From contig OZ243927.1 of assembly GCA_965213925.1 (NCBI GenBank), positions 1,696,001 through 1,760,000 on the forward strand: a stretch of DNA of 64,000 nucleotides. The letters run 5' to 3'. A model generated the notes under the pieces. It ran no database searches and was not told the DNA's origin. It saw only the letters and a list, made by a program, of their open reading frames with translations. A program made the translations under genes and the position numbers. The stretch comes from Trueperaceae bacterium. GTDB lineage: Bacteria > Deinococcota > Deinococci > Deinococcales > Trueperaceae. Every line of letters begins with the position of its first letter. The stretch's first letter is position 1. Of the stretch, positions 1 through 9,189 are shown piece by piece.

Positions 1-61
1 AGTAGCCATCTGTACCGAACCGTGATAGGTAGCGTTCCGTAGTCCGCACTGCTGATGCCTT

Positions 62-91
62 GCGCCCCGAACTCAGAGTTCGGGGCGCTTT
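62..91. terminator. Hairpin, probable intrinsic terminator
   Basis: gcgccccgaactc-a-gagttcggggcgc inverted repeat followed by T-rich sequence on +; lies just past the ASRT stop. Confidence 0.6.
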
Positions 92-107
92 ACTTATTCG
101 CGCCTGC

Positions 108-485
108 TCAACCTTCGCTGTACGCCACCGTGGTGAGCAGGGCGTTCTCGGCCTGACGCGAGTCGAGGCGGCTGTGCTGCACCACGATGGGCACGTCCGA
201 CTCTAAAACGCTCGCGTAGTCCGTATCTCTCGGCACGGGCTCGGGGTCGCTCAGTTCGTTGAAGCGCAGGTGCAAGGTGCGTCTCGGCGGCACGGTGACG
301 CGGTACGGGCCGACGGGCTCGCGCTCCGCGAAGTAGAGGGTGATCTCGACGTGGGCCTCCTCGTCCGAGGCGTTGAGTAAACACGCGGTCTCGTGGCTCG
401 CTAGCTCCGGCTCCGGGCCGTGGCTCCAGCTCGGGATGTAGCCCTCAGCTATGGCCCAGCGTTTATGTCCCAACGGTTTCGTCAT
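108..485 (-). CDS. Sensory rhodopsin transducer (ASRT) family protein
   Basis: G-x-K-x-W-A-I-A-E-G-Y-I-P start, SHETACLLN, RRTLHLRFNEL and VVQHSRLDSRQ match the ASRT family. Confidence 0.85.
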   Translation of the reverse strand: MTKPLGHKRWAIAEGYIPSWSHGPEPELASHETACLLNASDEEAHVEITLYFAEREPVGPYRVTVPPRRTLHLRFNELSDPEPVPRDTDYASVLESDVPIVVQHSRLDSRQAENALLTTVAYSEG

Positions 486-516
486 CTTTGCCCCCTCTCA
501 GGTTTCTGGATACGTA

Positions 517-1755
517 CTAAACTCGCCGCACCTCGCGGATGACGAAGCGGCTCTTCGGCGCGGCGGGCAATCTCGACAGGCTGACGCTCAAGTCTTGCTC
601 CGGCACCTTGTAGCGCAACGACCCGGTCAAAAAGTTTAGTGCCCCTTTCATAAGGGCAATCGTGATCCATTCACCGGCGCAGCGGTGGTTCTGGAAGTGA
701 TCGCCGCCCCCTTGCGGGATGAAGTTGTAGGCGCTCCCGTCCCACGTGCGGAAGCGTTCAGGTCGGAACGCTTCAGGCTCCACCCAAATACGTTCGTCGT
801 GGTTCGTACCGTAGAGGTCAAGCAGCACCTTGCGCCCTGCGGGGAAGGGGTAGCCCCGCCACTCGAAGTCGCGCTTTACCTGCGCGGCGACAAAGGGGAA
901 AAAGGGGTAGACGCGGCGCACTTCCTGGACGAATTCGAGGCCGTCCGCCTCAGCCCCTAGCCCCGCCCAGCTCTCCGGGTGTTCAAAGAGCGCCAGCGCC
1001 GTGAACGCGATGTAGCGGTCCACCGCGACGACGGGCCGCAGCACGTTGATGAGTTCAACCGCTGCCACGCGCCCCTCTAGCAGCGCCCCGCTCAGGTCGC
1101 GGTGCCAACTGACGACGGCGAGGGCGCTGCCTTCGGGGGGTTCAAGTCTGCGAGCACGCACCTCGGCGATAACAGCTTCTATCCACCAATTCGCCCTCTG
1201 CCGCGCCCGCCTGCCGCGCCAGTGCCGAGGTCCAGCCCCGCCCGCGCCGTCGATCATCGCGCCGAAGTCGTCCGTTCTTCTCTTCACTTCGGATTCTAGG
1301 AGGGGGACACCGGCCCAGGTGCACACCGCGCGGCACAGGAGTTCGCGCACTTCGTAGAAGAGCACGACCTCGTCCTGCCGCTCCCACCGCGCCGCCGCCT
1401 CGCGCCACGCTCCCTCGGTAATCTGCACGAGCCGCTGAATCTTCTCCCGCGTCATCAGCGACATGAACATCGCCTTGCGGCGCTTGTGGACCTCGCCGTC
1501 TAAGCCCTGCACGCCGCCCTGTCCGAAGAGCGTCTTCTGCACCCGCCCTGGTGCGACGCCTGAACGCCTAAAGCGCGAGGTGTCGTAGAAGAGCCTAGCG
1601 GCCTCCTCGCCGCGCATACAGGTGAAAGGCTGCAAAAGCAAGCGGGTTTCGAACACGTCGCTGTGGTGGCGCTGACACTCCTCGGAGATAAAGGTGTAGG
1701 GGCGTCTCGCGATAGCTAGGGTGCTGTCCGGGCGGCTGTCTCTGGGAAGCGTCAT
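517..1755 (-). CDS. Cytochrome P450, CYP152 fatty-acid peroxygenase family (P450BSbeta/CypC-like)
   Basis: I-helix VELINVLRP (Arg-Pro), EVRR, PERF and heme motif FIPQGGG...HRCAGE. Confidence 0.9.
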   Translation of the reverse strand: MTLPRDSRPDSTLAIARRPYTFISEECQRHHSDVFETRLLLQPFTCMRGEEAARLFYDTSRFRRSGVAPGRVQKTLFGQGGVQGLDGEVHKRRKAMFMSLMTREKIQRLVQITEGAWREAAARWERQDEVVLFYEVRELLCRAVCTWAGVPLLESEVKRRTDDFGAMIDGAGGAGPRHWRGRRARQRANWWIEAVIAEVRARRLEPPEGSALAVVSWHRDLSGALLEGRVAAVELINVLRPVVAVDRYIAFTALALFEHPESWAGLGAEADGLEFVQEVRRVYPFFPFVAAQVKRDFEWRGYPFPAGRKVLLDLYGTNHDERIWVEPEAFRPERFRTWDGSAYNFIPQGGGDHFQNHRCAGEWITIALMKGALNFLTGSLRYKVPEQDLSVSLSRLPAAPKSRFVIREVRRV

Positions 1756-1758
1756 CCG

Positions 1759-2955
1759 TTATCTGAGCTGCACGGGCGCGGCGTCTACGTCCGTGCGAAA
1801 GAGTACGTAGGGCGGACGGCGCAAGTCCTCGCCGTTCTGATAGCTGGGCTGGCGGTTGAGCTGGTTGATGGTGAGGTATAAGGCCCCATTCACGAGGTCC
1901 AAAGTGTCCGGCCAGATGATCTGGTTCGTGTAGAGAATCGTCTCCCACCGCTCGGCTAGGGGCGCGTCCGGGGTGAAGCGGTGCACCGCGCCGTTCTCGT
2001 AATCGGTGAGGTAGATGCGGCCTGCGTCGTCGGACTCTAAGCCGTCCGAGGCGAAGCCTAAGTCGCCGTAGTCCGTGACCATGCTCGCCAACCCTTGTGG
2101 GTCTATGTCCCGGTTAGCGAGCGCGTCCAGCGGCACGCTGTAGAGGTGGCGACCTGCTAAGGATCGGTAGAAGAGCCTATCCGGGGTGATGGCGACGCCG
2201 TCCGCCCCGGTGTTGAGGTAGTTCGCGGGCGCGTCGCCCGGGTTGCTGAGGAGCGCCCGCCCCTCGACGATGGGTAAGAAGTCGGGCTCGGCCTGGGCGG
2301 AAGGGTGGCCTTCTAGCTGCCGCCACGCCTCACCGCTTGCCAAGTCCACCACAATGATCGCGTTCGGACCAGAGCCCGAAGAATCGGTGATAAACGCCAA
2401 ACCCGCCTCGCCTTTGCGCAGGTCGAAGCGCACGTCGTTGAGGTAGGTCGTGTTTAGGACAGCAGGACTCTCGGCAAGGGAGACCGTTTGGACAACTTCG
2501 TTCGTCTCCAGGTCTATCGCGACCAGCTTAGGACCTAAAGGCGGCGTCTGAAAGAGGGGGCGTCCGGTGTCGAGCACCCAAAGTCGCCCCTCTGGACCGA
2601 TGACCACGCTTTGGACCGAGATGAAGTGCTCTAAAGGTGCACCCTCATCCAGTTGATTCGTCTCCGCGTCGGGGTAGGGCCGGGGCTCACCGTCTACAAT
2701 CTCCGCAACGGTAAAAGGCACGTCCTCCTCCCAACGCGGGAAGTTGACGAACACGCGCCCGTCTTCGGACGCTGTGACGCCCGTAGGCATTAGGTCGGGG
2801 AAGGTGGCGACGACTTCAGGCTCGCCGGTAGGGCGGCGGTCGGGCAGATTGCCTAAGGGCAGTGCGCCCCCAGTTGCACCACCTGATGTACCACCTGTCT
2901 GAGCACAAGCTCCCATCAGCAGCAACGCTGTAGTAAGTGTAAATAATCGCTTCAC
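1759..2955 (-). CDS. Major royal jelly protein/yellow family (dopachrome tautomerase-related) lipoprotein
   Basis: Lipobox LMGAC; FVNFPRW, SVQSVV, LWVLDTG, YLNDVRFD, GADGVA and WPDT motifs. Confidence 0.85.
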   Translation of the reverse strand: MKRLFTLTTALLLMGACAQTGGTSGGATGGALPLGNLPDRRPTGEPEVVATFPDLMPTGVTASEDGRVFVNFPRWEEDVPFTVAEIVDGEPRPYPDAETNQLDEGAPLEHFISVQSVVIGPEGRLWVLDTGRPLFQTPPLGPKLVAIDLETNEVVQTVSLAESPAVLNTTYLNDVRFDLRKGEAGLAFITDSSGSGPNAIIVVDLASGEAWRQLEGHPSAQAEPDFLPIVEGRALLSNPGDAPANYLNTGADGVAITPDRLFYRSLAGRHLYSVPLDALANRDIDPQGLASMVTDYGDLGFASDGLESDDAGRIYLTDYENGAVHRFTPDAPLAERWETILYTNQIIWPDTLDLVNGALYLTINQLNRQPSYQNGEDLRRPPYVLFRTDVDAAPVQLR

Positions 2956-2975
2956 ATAACCTCCTGAACTCTCTA

Positions 2976-3641
2976 TTACTTCGCCGAAGACCAGGTGGCA
3001 GCCTCATCCAAGAGCGCCTTTACCTCGCCATCGGTGACTTGCGGGAAGTGCGCGTACCACCTGCCGACCCCGTAGAAGGGCTCGGGCGTCTCGAGGCAGA
3101 CGACCTCGTCAACCTCACGCGCGAGCCGGGCGCAGGTGTCCGGGGAGCCTAGCGGCACGGCGACGGCGAGATGCTTAGGCTTTAGCGCCCGGCAAGCGGC
3201 GGCAGCGGCTCTCATGGTTGCGCCCGTGGCTAGGCCGTCATCGACGAGGATGACCGAGCGACCCTTGAGGTCGAGGGGAGTTCGCTCGCCTCGGTAGAGG
3301 TCTTCGCGCCGCGCCAGCTCGCGCCGCTCCCGCTCGACCACCACTTCGATCTCCGCTTCGGTCAGACCCAGCCCTGCGATGAGGTCTTCGTTGCGTGTTT
3401 GCACGCCGCCTGTAGCAATCGCGCCTAGTGCCAGCTCCTCGCGACCTGGCACCCCCAGTTTACGCACAGCGAATACATCGAGGGGTGCGCCGAGCGCTTT
3501 AGCGACCTCGAAAGCGACAGGCACGCCGCCTCGCGGCAGCGCTAGAACTAGCGTGTCGGCGCTGTAGTCTTCGAGCGCTGCCGCCAGCTCGCGCCCCGCT
3601 CCGTGTCGGTCTTCAAACACCTTAGACCAGCGCCGCGCCAC
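2976..3641 (-). CDS. Phosphoribosyltransferase family protein
   Basis: FEDR..AG, LALPRGGVPV, RKLGVP and PRPP loop VILVDDGLATGATM. Confidence 0.9.
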   Translation of the reverse strand: MARRWSKVFEDRHGAGRELAAALEDYSADTLVLALPRGGVPVAFEVAKALGAPLDVFAVRKLGVPGREELALGAIATGGVQTRNEDLIAGLGLTEAEIEVVVERERRELARREDLYRGERTPLDLKGRSVILVDDGLATGATMRAAAAACRALKPKHLAVAVPLGSPDTCARLAREVDEVVCLETPEPFYGVGRWYAHFPQVTDGEVKALLDEAATWSSAK

Positions 3642-3717
3642 TTACGTCAACCCTCTCTGAGCCGGTAGTTAAAATAGGGGAGGATGTCATAAGTTGACAT
3701 CCTCCGCTCGCTCAAGA

Positions 3718-3924
3718 TCAAGCCTCGCCCACCGCGAACGAGACCTTAGCGTTGACGCGGTACATCGTGATCTGGTCGTTCTCGACAACCGCTTGCATCT
3801 CCTTGACGTAGATGTTCTGGATGCCCTGCACCGACTTAGACGCCTCTTTGAGCGCCTCTTTAACTGCGTCGTCGAAACTGTTGGGGGACTGAGCGAGCAC
3901 TTCGATTACCTTGATGATAGCCAT
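3718..3924 (-). CDS. Dodecin family flavin-binding protein
   Basis: 68 aa; IKVIEV..SPNSFDDAV..YRVNAKVSF; SD aaagga upstream. Confidence 0.85.
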   Translation of the reverse strand: MAIIKVIEVLAQSPNSFDDAVKEALKEASKSVQGIQNIYVKEMQAVVENDQITMYRVNAKVSFAVGEA

Positions 3925-4020
3925 GCGTTTTCCTTTCGCGTGATGAACGGATGGTTGAACGTTGTTTTGACTCGGGCGACATTGACATGGGCGTTGACGT
4001 GGGGGGCGTTTACATCGGCA

Positions 4021-4557
4021 TCACTCCCCGCCCTCCTCGCCCCGCACCAGTACCACCGGGACGTCGACCCGTCTGAGCACCGTCTCGGTCACGCTGCCTT
4101 GAAAAAGGCGACCTAACCCCTGACGCCCGCGCGTCATCATGGCGATCACGTCTACCCCTTCTGCCAAAGCGAAGTCGATGATGTCTTGAGCAGGCTCACC
4201 GAAATGCACGGTCACCTCGGCGTCAAAACCCGCCTCTCCTAGCTGCTCGACTTCGGCTCTGAGTTCGCCTTCAAGCGACGCGCGGTAGTGGTCGTAAGCC
4301 TCGTTTATTTGTGTGCGGAAGAGATCGTCGCTACTGCTCTGCGCAGCCTGAGCGCTATCTATGCGGTAGGCGTAGAAGCCCGTGTCTGGACCCCAGGCGG
4401 CCGGCTGGTAGGTCGGCGCGGCGGGCGCGGGTGGGGTGGCGACGTGCAAGAGGTGTACCCGGACATCCTCCGGGCGAAAGAGCTGCTCTAGGTGCGGGAC
4501 GATATGCTGGCTAAAGTCGGTGCCGTCCAAAGGGACGAGGATTTTCAAGGGTGCCAT
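4021..4557 (-). CDS. Universal stress protein (UspA family)
   Basis: ILVPLDGTDFS N-terminus; GRQGLGRLFQGSVTETVLRRVDVPVVLV C-terminus. Confidence 0.9.
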   Translation of the reverse strand: MAPLKILVPLDGTDFSQHIVPHLEQLFRPEDVRVHLLHVATPPAPAAPTYQPAAWGPDTGFYAYRIDSAQAAQSSSDDLFRTQINEAYDHYRASLEGELRAEVEQLGEAGFDAEVTVHFGEPAQDIIDFALAEGVDVIAMMTRGRQGLGRLFQGSVTETVLRRVDVPVVLVRGEEGGE

Positions 4558-4589
4558 GAGGTCCTTTTCTGTAATTAGGGGTGACTGCT

Positions 4590-4765
4590 CCGCTCACCAC
4601 CACGCCGGTCAGCGCCACCGTGCCCTCTCTTACGCTTACGTCGATGCTGCTAGCGTCGATATGTGGATCGCTGATGAGCGCCCACAAGAGCTGCTCCCTG
4701 ATCGTCTCGTCGATGCCCGGCAGTTCGAGGTCGCCGTCCACCTCACGCTCTGTGCGCCCTCTCAT
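4590..4765 (-). pseudogene. BON-domain remnant
   Basis: DETIREQL..L..DPHIDASSIDVSVREGTVALTGVV is the first two thirds of a BON domain; the ORF then runs out of homology and overlaps the USP gene. Confidence 0.6.
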
Positions 4766-5790
4766 CGCGGCTCCCCCTCGACCTGCCTGCTCGCGTCTAT
4801 ACCTCTTCTATCCGCACGGCTCTCCGCCCGCTTCGCTCGGTACATCGCCGCGTGCGCTAGCAGCGCCGTAACGTTTTCCCCGTCCTCGGGGTAGTGCGCT
4901 AAGCCGAAGCTGCCCGTCAGGTAGACCCGCCCTCCCTTCACGCCGAAAGGCGCGGAGAGATTCGTTTTGTAACGTGCCAGCGCCTTCTGCCCCTCCTCGC
5001 GCGAGACGTGCCGTAAGAGCACCGCGAACTCGTCGCCCGAGAGCCGCGTCAAGAGGTCGCCCTTGCGCGTTAGCGCCTCGAGCCGCAAACTTACCTCGTG
5101 CAGCAGCGCGTCGCCGCTCGCGTGACCGTAGCGGTCGTTGACCCTTTTGAAGCGGTCTAAGTCCAAGTAGAGCACCGCCGAGCCCGCGCCCTCGCGCCGC
5201 ACCCGTGACCTCGCCAGGGCTCGCTCCGCTTCCTGGAAAGAGAAGCGCCGGTTGAAAGGCCCCGTCAAGGGGTCGCGGTTAGCTTGGTCTTCGATCAGGC
5301 GCTCGTAGCGTCGCTGCTCAGTCACCTCTAAAAAGGAAATAACCGCACCCGCGACCTTATCCGCCGAGTCCGACAGCGCGGTAACAGTCACCGTGAAGCA
5401 GCGCCCTGGATAGGTCAACTCGAGCACGCAACGCCTCAGCCGGTTAGACAAGACCGCGATGAGCCCGGCGTAGAGTTCGGCGGTGTCCTCTTTTCGCCTC
5501 TCATCCGCTCCCTCATCCACCTCTTCGCCCGTGGCGGCATCCTGCAAGCACACCTCCGCGAAGGGCCTGCCGATGAGCACGTCGGTAGGATGACCTAGCT
5601 CGCGGCGCATACGTCGCCACGCACCGTTCACGCTCTGGACCGCGCCCTGCTTGCCCACCACGACGAGGGGCTGCTCCAACGCTTCAAACGCCGCGACCTG
5701 CGAGAGCACGGCTCTATCTAGGATGGTAGTGAGATCATCACCGAGTCCTCCGAGTTGCGTATACGATACATTCAACAGCGTCACCTCCAA
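4762..5790 (-). CDS. PAS-like/GGDEF protein, degenerate diguanylate cyclase
   Basis: DPLTGPFNRR, YLDLDRFKRVNDRYGHASGD, RLSGDEF; AHAAMYRAK lacks the usual AD residues. Confidence 0.8.
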   Translation of the reverse strand: MEVTLLNVSYTQLGGLGDDLTTILDRAVLSQVAAFEALEQPLVVVGKQGAVQSVNGAWRRMRRELGHPTDVLIGRPFAEVCLQDAATGEEVDEGADERRKEDTAELYAGLIAVLSNRLRRCVLELTYPGRCFTVTVTALSDSADKVAGAVISFLEVTEQRRYERLIEDQANRDPLTGPFNRRFSFQEAERALARSRVRREGAGSAVLYLDLDRFKRVNDRYGHASGDALLHEVSLRLEALTRKGDLLTRLSGDEFAVLLRHVSREEGQKALARYKTNLSAPFGVKGGRVYLTGSFGLAHYPEDGENVTALLAHAAMYRAKRAESRADRRGIDASRQVEGEPR

Positions 5791-5978
5791 AACTGAGACG
5801 TGCTGTTCGCTTTAGGATAGGTGAGCAGAAGGGCGGGCGCTGAATTTGCCTCGCGCCCGCTTCACTCTCCCCCCGGTGGCGGACGAACGTAACGTCCTTA
5901 TCAATTAAACCGCTAACATCTTCATGAAGATAGATACGAGTGTACTTATTTACCTAGTACGTTCACGTCAAGCTCAGC

Positions 5979-6389
5979 TCACAGCTCGTTCTCGGCGGCT
6001 AGGCGCAGCACGGCGGCGCGGGTCTCCTCTTTGAACGCGGCCCAGTCCGGGCTGCCGTCCGTGTCAGTCAACTTGTGGTGCGCCTCGAAGTCCTCTTCTA
6101 GGAGGTGCAGCGCGGCTCCCAGTGCCGCCTCCTCCGAGTGCCCCTTGAGCCGCGCTACTTCAAAGCGCAGGTAGACGAGTTGTACCAAGGTCTCGCGGAA
6201 GAACTCGCCGTAGCGCACGTTCATAAACGTCACGCCGCTCCGGACGTCATAACGCCACGTGCCCAGGTTCGCCGCCTCTACCGCTAAGCGGAGCACTGTT
6301 TCGTCGCCCAAGCTATTCGCATATTCCTTATCCATACCGAAGTCCCTCCGTCCCTTCCGCACACATCCTTGATCCGCAAACGTGAGCAC
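5979..6389 (-). CDS. Hypothetical protein with PAS-like fragment, possibly a remnant
   Basis: LRLAVEAANLGTWRYD resembles a PAS N-terminus; ATG at MDKEY is the more likely start. Confidence 0.35.
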   Translation of the reverse strand: MLTFADQGCVRKGRRDFGMDKEYANSLGDETVLRLAVEAANLGTWRYDVRSGVTFMNVRYGEFFRETLVQLVYLRFEVARLKGHSEEAALGAALHLLEEDFEAHHKLTDTDGSPDWAAFKEETRAAVLRLAAENEL

Positions 6390-6553
6390 AAGGAGACGCT
6401 GAGCGACTTCACCCTATAGGGGAAGAGAAGAGCGGTACTACAGATGTGCTAGGAATAGTGTAGCTCGAGAGGGGTAGGCAGCGCACTGTTGTTGTCGGTC
6501 AGCGCGGCATAAACGCTCCATACTGGCGCAACAAGGTTCCCGCCACAAAAACG

Positions 6554-7066
6554 TTAGGGCTTGCAACCGAGAAGGGGCGACGCCCGCCTATGAATCTCTT
6601 TGAGGTCTTCTGTACCCATTGCGGCGTAGCGGTCCGACATGGTAAGCGTCTTATGCCCCAAGATGCGCTTCAAAGTAAAGACATCCCCGCCATTCTTGAT
6701 GAACTGGACGGAGAACCCCCGCCGGAAGGCGTGCGGCCCCTTGGGAGCGATCTCAGCCCCTTCACAGAGGTCGTGGAGCATTTTGCGCAGCCCGTAGCGG
6801 GTGAGAGGCGTGTCCTCGTCCGAGAGGTAGATATAAGGCAGCGACGTAGCGGGCCGCTCCGATTGAATGTAGCGCTTCAGCACCCTGAGCGCTATTCTGG
6901 AGATGGGCACGACGCGGTCTTTGCCACCCTTGCCTTTATTGACCCACAGCCTGCCGTTCGGCTCTAGGTGACCGAGCTGGAGAGCCAGCAGTTCGGAAGC
7001 GCGGAGCCCCGTGTCGTAGAGAGTGGTCACGATGGACTGGTTGCGCAGGCGTTCTACTTGGCGCTA
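6554..7066 (-). pseudogene. Tyrosine recombinase/integrase, catalytic domain only (5'-truncated)
   Basis: TGLRASE, KGKGGK, HAFRR, LGH and RY residues present; the frame is closed by a stop about 12 codons upstream, so no N-terminal binding domain. Confidence 0.8.
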
Positions 7067-7302
7067 CCGTCATGGGCTTGCTCTTTTTTGTCTTCAACGC
7101 CGCTGAGCGTGCTGCCTAAGCTGGTCTGGCACTATCAAAAAGAAAGCCCGCTAGGTAAAGCGGACTCCTATCTCTTATCTCCACATGGCGCTGCCAACCC
7201 CGGTGGATAGGTCTATCGTAGTGCAGCGTTCTCGCCTTAACTAGACCTGTTTGTACCTCTTCGAGTAGTGCTTGAATACGCATTGTCTGTTCCTAGGACA
7301 AT

Positions 7303-7362
7303 AAAAAAAGCTCGGGGACCTCCACCGGGGGGGCAGCGGGTGTGGAGGTTCAACCCTGAGCT
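7303..7362 (-). ncRNA. Candidate ~60-nt small RNA
   Basis: Upstream TTGCGC-17nt-TATACT promoter; whole transcript folds as one hairpin and ends in U7. Confidence 0.5.
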
Positions 7363-7368
7363 GTAGAA

Positions 7369-7397
7369 AGTATACTACTTGGCAATACGGAGCGCAA
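7369..7397 (-). promoter_or_regulatory. Sigma70-type promoter
   Basis: -35 TTGCGC (7397-7392), 17-nt spacer, -10 TATACT (7374-7369). Confidence 0.6.
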
Positions 7398-7414
7398 GTC
7401 CAAGAGCAACAAGA

Positions 7415-7642
7415 GTCGAACGCGTATCTGAGTTTTGTCAGCGCGTGTCTTTCGAAATGCCCGTCCCAGTTGCTGAGCGCCTTAGCCCTGCTGTCATCGC
7501 CGAAGCTCGGCAGGTAACGCAACCCTTGGAACCCCGTCTTGGGGCACACGAGGATGACCCCCACGTTGACGAACTCTTCGCGGAGCATGTTCGGTATATA
7601 GCGGATTACCGCGTATAGTGCCCTCATCCTCTTCACAGCCAC
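7415..7642 (-). pseudogene. DUF3037 family protein, truncated
   Basis: YAVIRYIPNMLREEFVNVGVILVCP is the DUF3037 signature; the ORF tail reads through the promoter/sRNA; no HipA-like kinase partner is visible. Confidence 0.7.
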
Positions 7643-7855
7643 TATCTTACCTTTGGATGTCCTTTTGCAACCTCTTCGCTAGGTAGTCAGGCGGTGCCCT
7701 GACCCTCTGAGACAGGTAGTTTGGCAGAGCTTCGCGCTCTGCGCGGTTATGGCGCTAGGGCTTATCAAAGTTGTGCCTGTATAGGTCGGGTTAAATCTAT
7801 TTCTCATTATAACGCCCTGGCTGTCATCTCACTGGCACACGCGAGGTGGCTGTGC

Positions 7856-9136
7856 CTAAACACCTCGCTGAGCTGCGCACACGCTTTCCTGCGCCTTTTG
7901 ACGTGCCACAGCCTGCTCTCGCATCGCCAGAAGCCACGCTATCTCCATCTGCTTGACCCCCGTGTCTCGCTCTTTGCGAAGATACGCTAGTGCCCGGTCA
8001 GCCTGCTTGACGGCTTCAGGATACTTTTGCTCAGCGAGCAAGAGCGCCACACGCGCCCGGAACTGCTCGCCCTTATCGCCGCTCAGCTCCGCCCCGTCGT
8101 CGAAGTGCGCCTGTGCGGTCTCGTAGTCGCCAAGGTGGAAGGCGTACAAGCAAGCGGCTTCGAAGTGCAGCAAGGGAACGAGTTCCGGCGCAGATGCTTG
8201 AGCGGCGTCTAGCGCTTGCGCTAAGGCGGTCTCTGCACTCTGGCTATCGCCATGCTCTAAAGCGTGATAGTAGCGCGACGTAAACCTGTACAGCGGACCC
8301 ATGAAACTTTCCGCTAGGTCAGGCTGATCGAATACGCTCATATCCCAATCTCTTGGACGCTCAGGTCCGAAGTGAAGCCAGGCGTAGCGGTAGTCCCGGC
8401 GCAACTCGTCAGTAAAGGCAGGGTGGCGGAGTTTGAGAAGCTGAAGACCATCCGACTGGTAATACCCGTAAGCTATCGGGTACACGCAGAGCATAAACTG
8501 CCACGCCGCAACCGTGCCGATGACGACTAAGGAGGGCGCGGCGTATAGCTCCCACAAAAACAGGTCTTCGGAGTAATAGAAAGCTAACCCGAGCGATAGA
8601 TAGGTGGCAAATGCTGCCGCCGACAAAAGGAGCGAGGCGAGGAGCCCTGCCAAGACAGCTAGGGCGTGTTTAGAGCGCAGGCGAGGGTGTTCAGGGTCGT
8701 CGCTGTAAAAGTACGCCGCGCCGCCCTGCTTCGTGACCCAGCTATATCTCACCCGGAGTCCGCGCTTGAGCGGTTCGAAGATGACGGGTCCGACGCGGAC
8801 GCGCCACACCTTGAGCCCGAGTAGCTGCGCAGTCAGCGCGTGCCCTAGTTCGTGGACGAGCGTTGCGCTCCAAGCGAGTACAGGTATCCCGACGAAGAGA
8901 CCGAACAGAAACTCGCCTTGCTCTAGGTAAAATAGGTGCTGCCAGAAAGACGAGAGGACGTCGCCAGGGTCGAGCCTGTAGATCATCACGCCTAGCAGCA
9001 AAACGCCGACATAGTAAGTCCAATACCCTAAGTTGCGCCAGGCTGTGCCTGCTGGCTGGGCTTCCGGTGAGAGCTTGTCGTCAGCTTGTTGCGAGACGGG
9101 CGGTTCGGTAGGTTGTGGTTCACGAGGCTGGTCCAT
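7856..9136 (-). CDS. M50-like membrane metallopeptidase with C-terminal TPR-like helices
   Basis: Several TM segments, LVHELGH, LAG motif and SDG third-ligand motif. Confidence 0.75.
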   Translation of the reverse strand: MDQPREPQPTEPPVSQQADDKLSPEAQPAGTAWRNLGYWTYYVGVLLLGVMIYRLDPGDVLSSFWQHLFYLEQGEFLFGLFVGIPVLAWSATLVHELGHALTAQLLGLKVWRVRVGPVIFEPLKRGLRVRYSWVTKQGGAAYFYSDDPEHPRLRSKHALAVLAGLLASLLLSAAAFATYLSLGLAFYYSEDLFLWELYAAPSLVVIGTVAAWQFMLCVYPIAYGYYQSDGLQLLKLRHPAFTDELRRDYRYAWLHFGPERPRDWDMSVFDQPDLAESFMGPLYRFTSRYYHALEHGDSQSAETALAQALDAAQASAPELVPLLHFEAACLYAFHLGDYETAQAHFDDGAELSGDKGEQFRARVALLLAEQKYPEAVKQADRALAYLRKERDTGVKQMEIAWLLAMREQAVARQKAQESVCAAQRGV

Positions 9137-9189
9137 AAAAGCTCAACGCTAACTTTAGGGCAGGCGGGGCGCTTCTATGGGTGAAATGG

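Noticed and set aside
6554..7066. Active integrase with a tRNA att site defining an ICE or prophage
   Set aside because: The N-terminal domain is missing; no tRNA, att direct repeat, phage structural or conjugation genes were seen.
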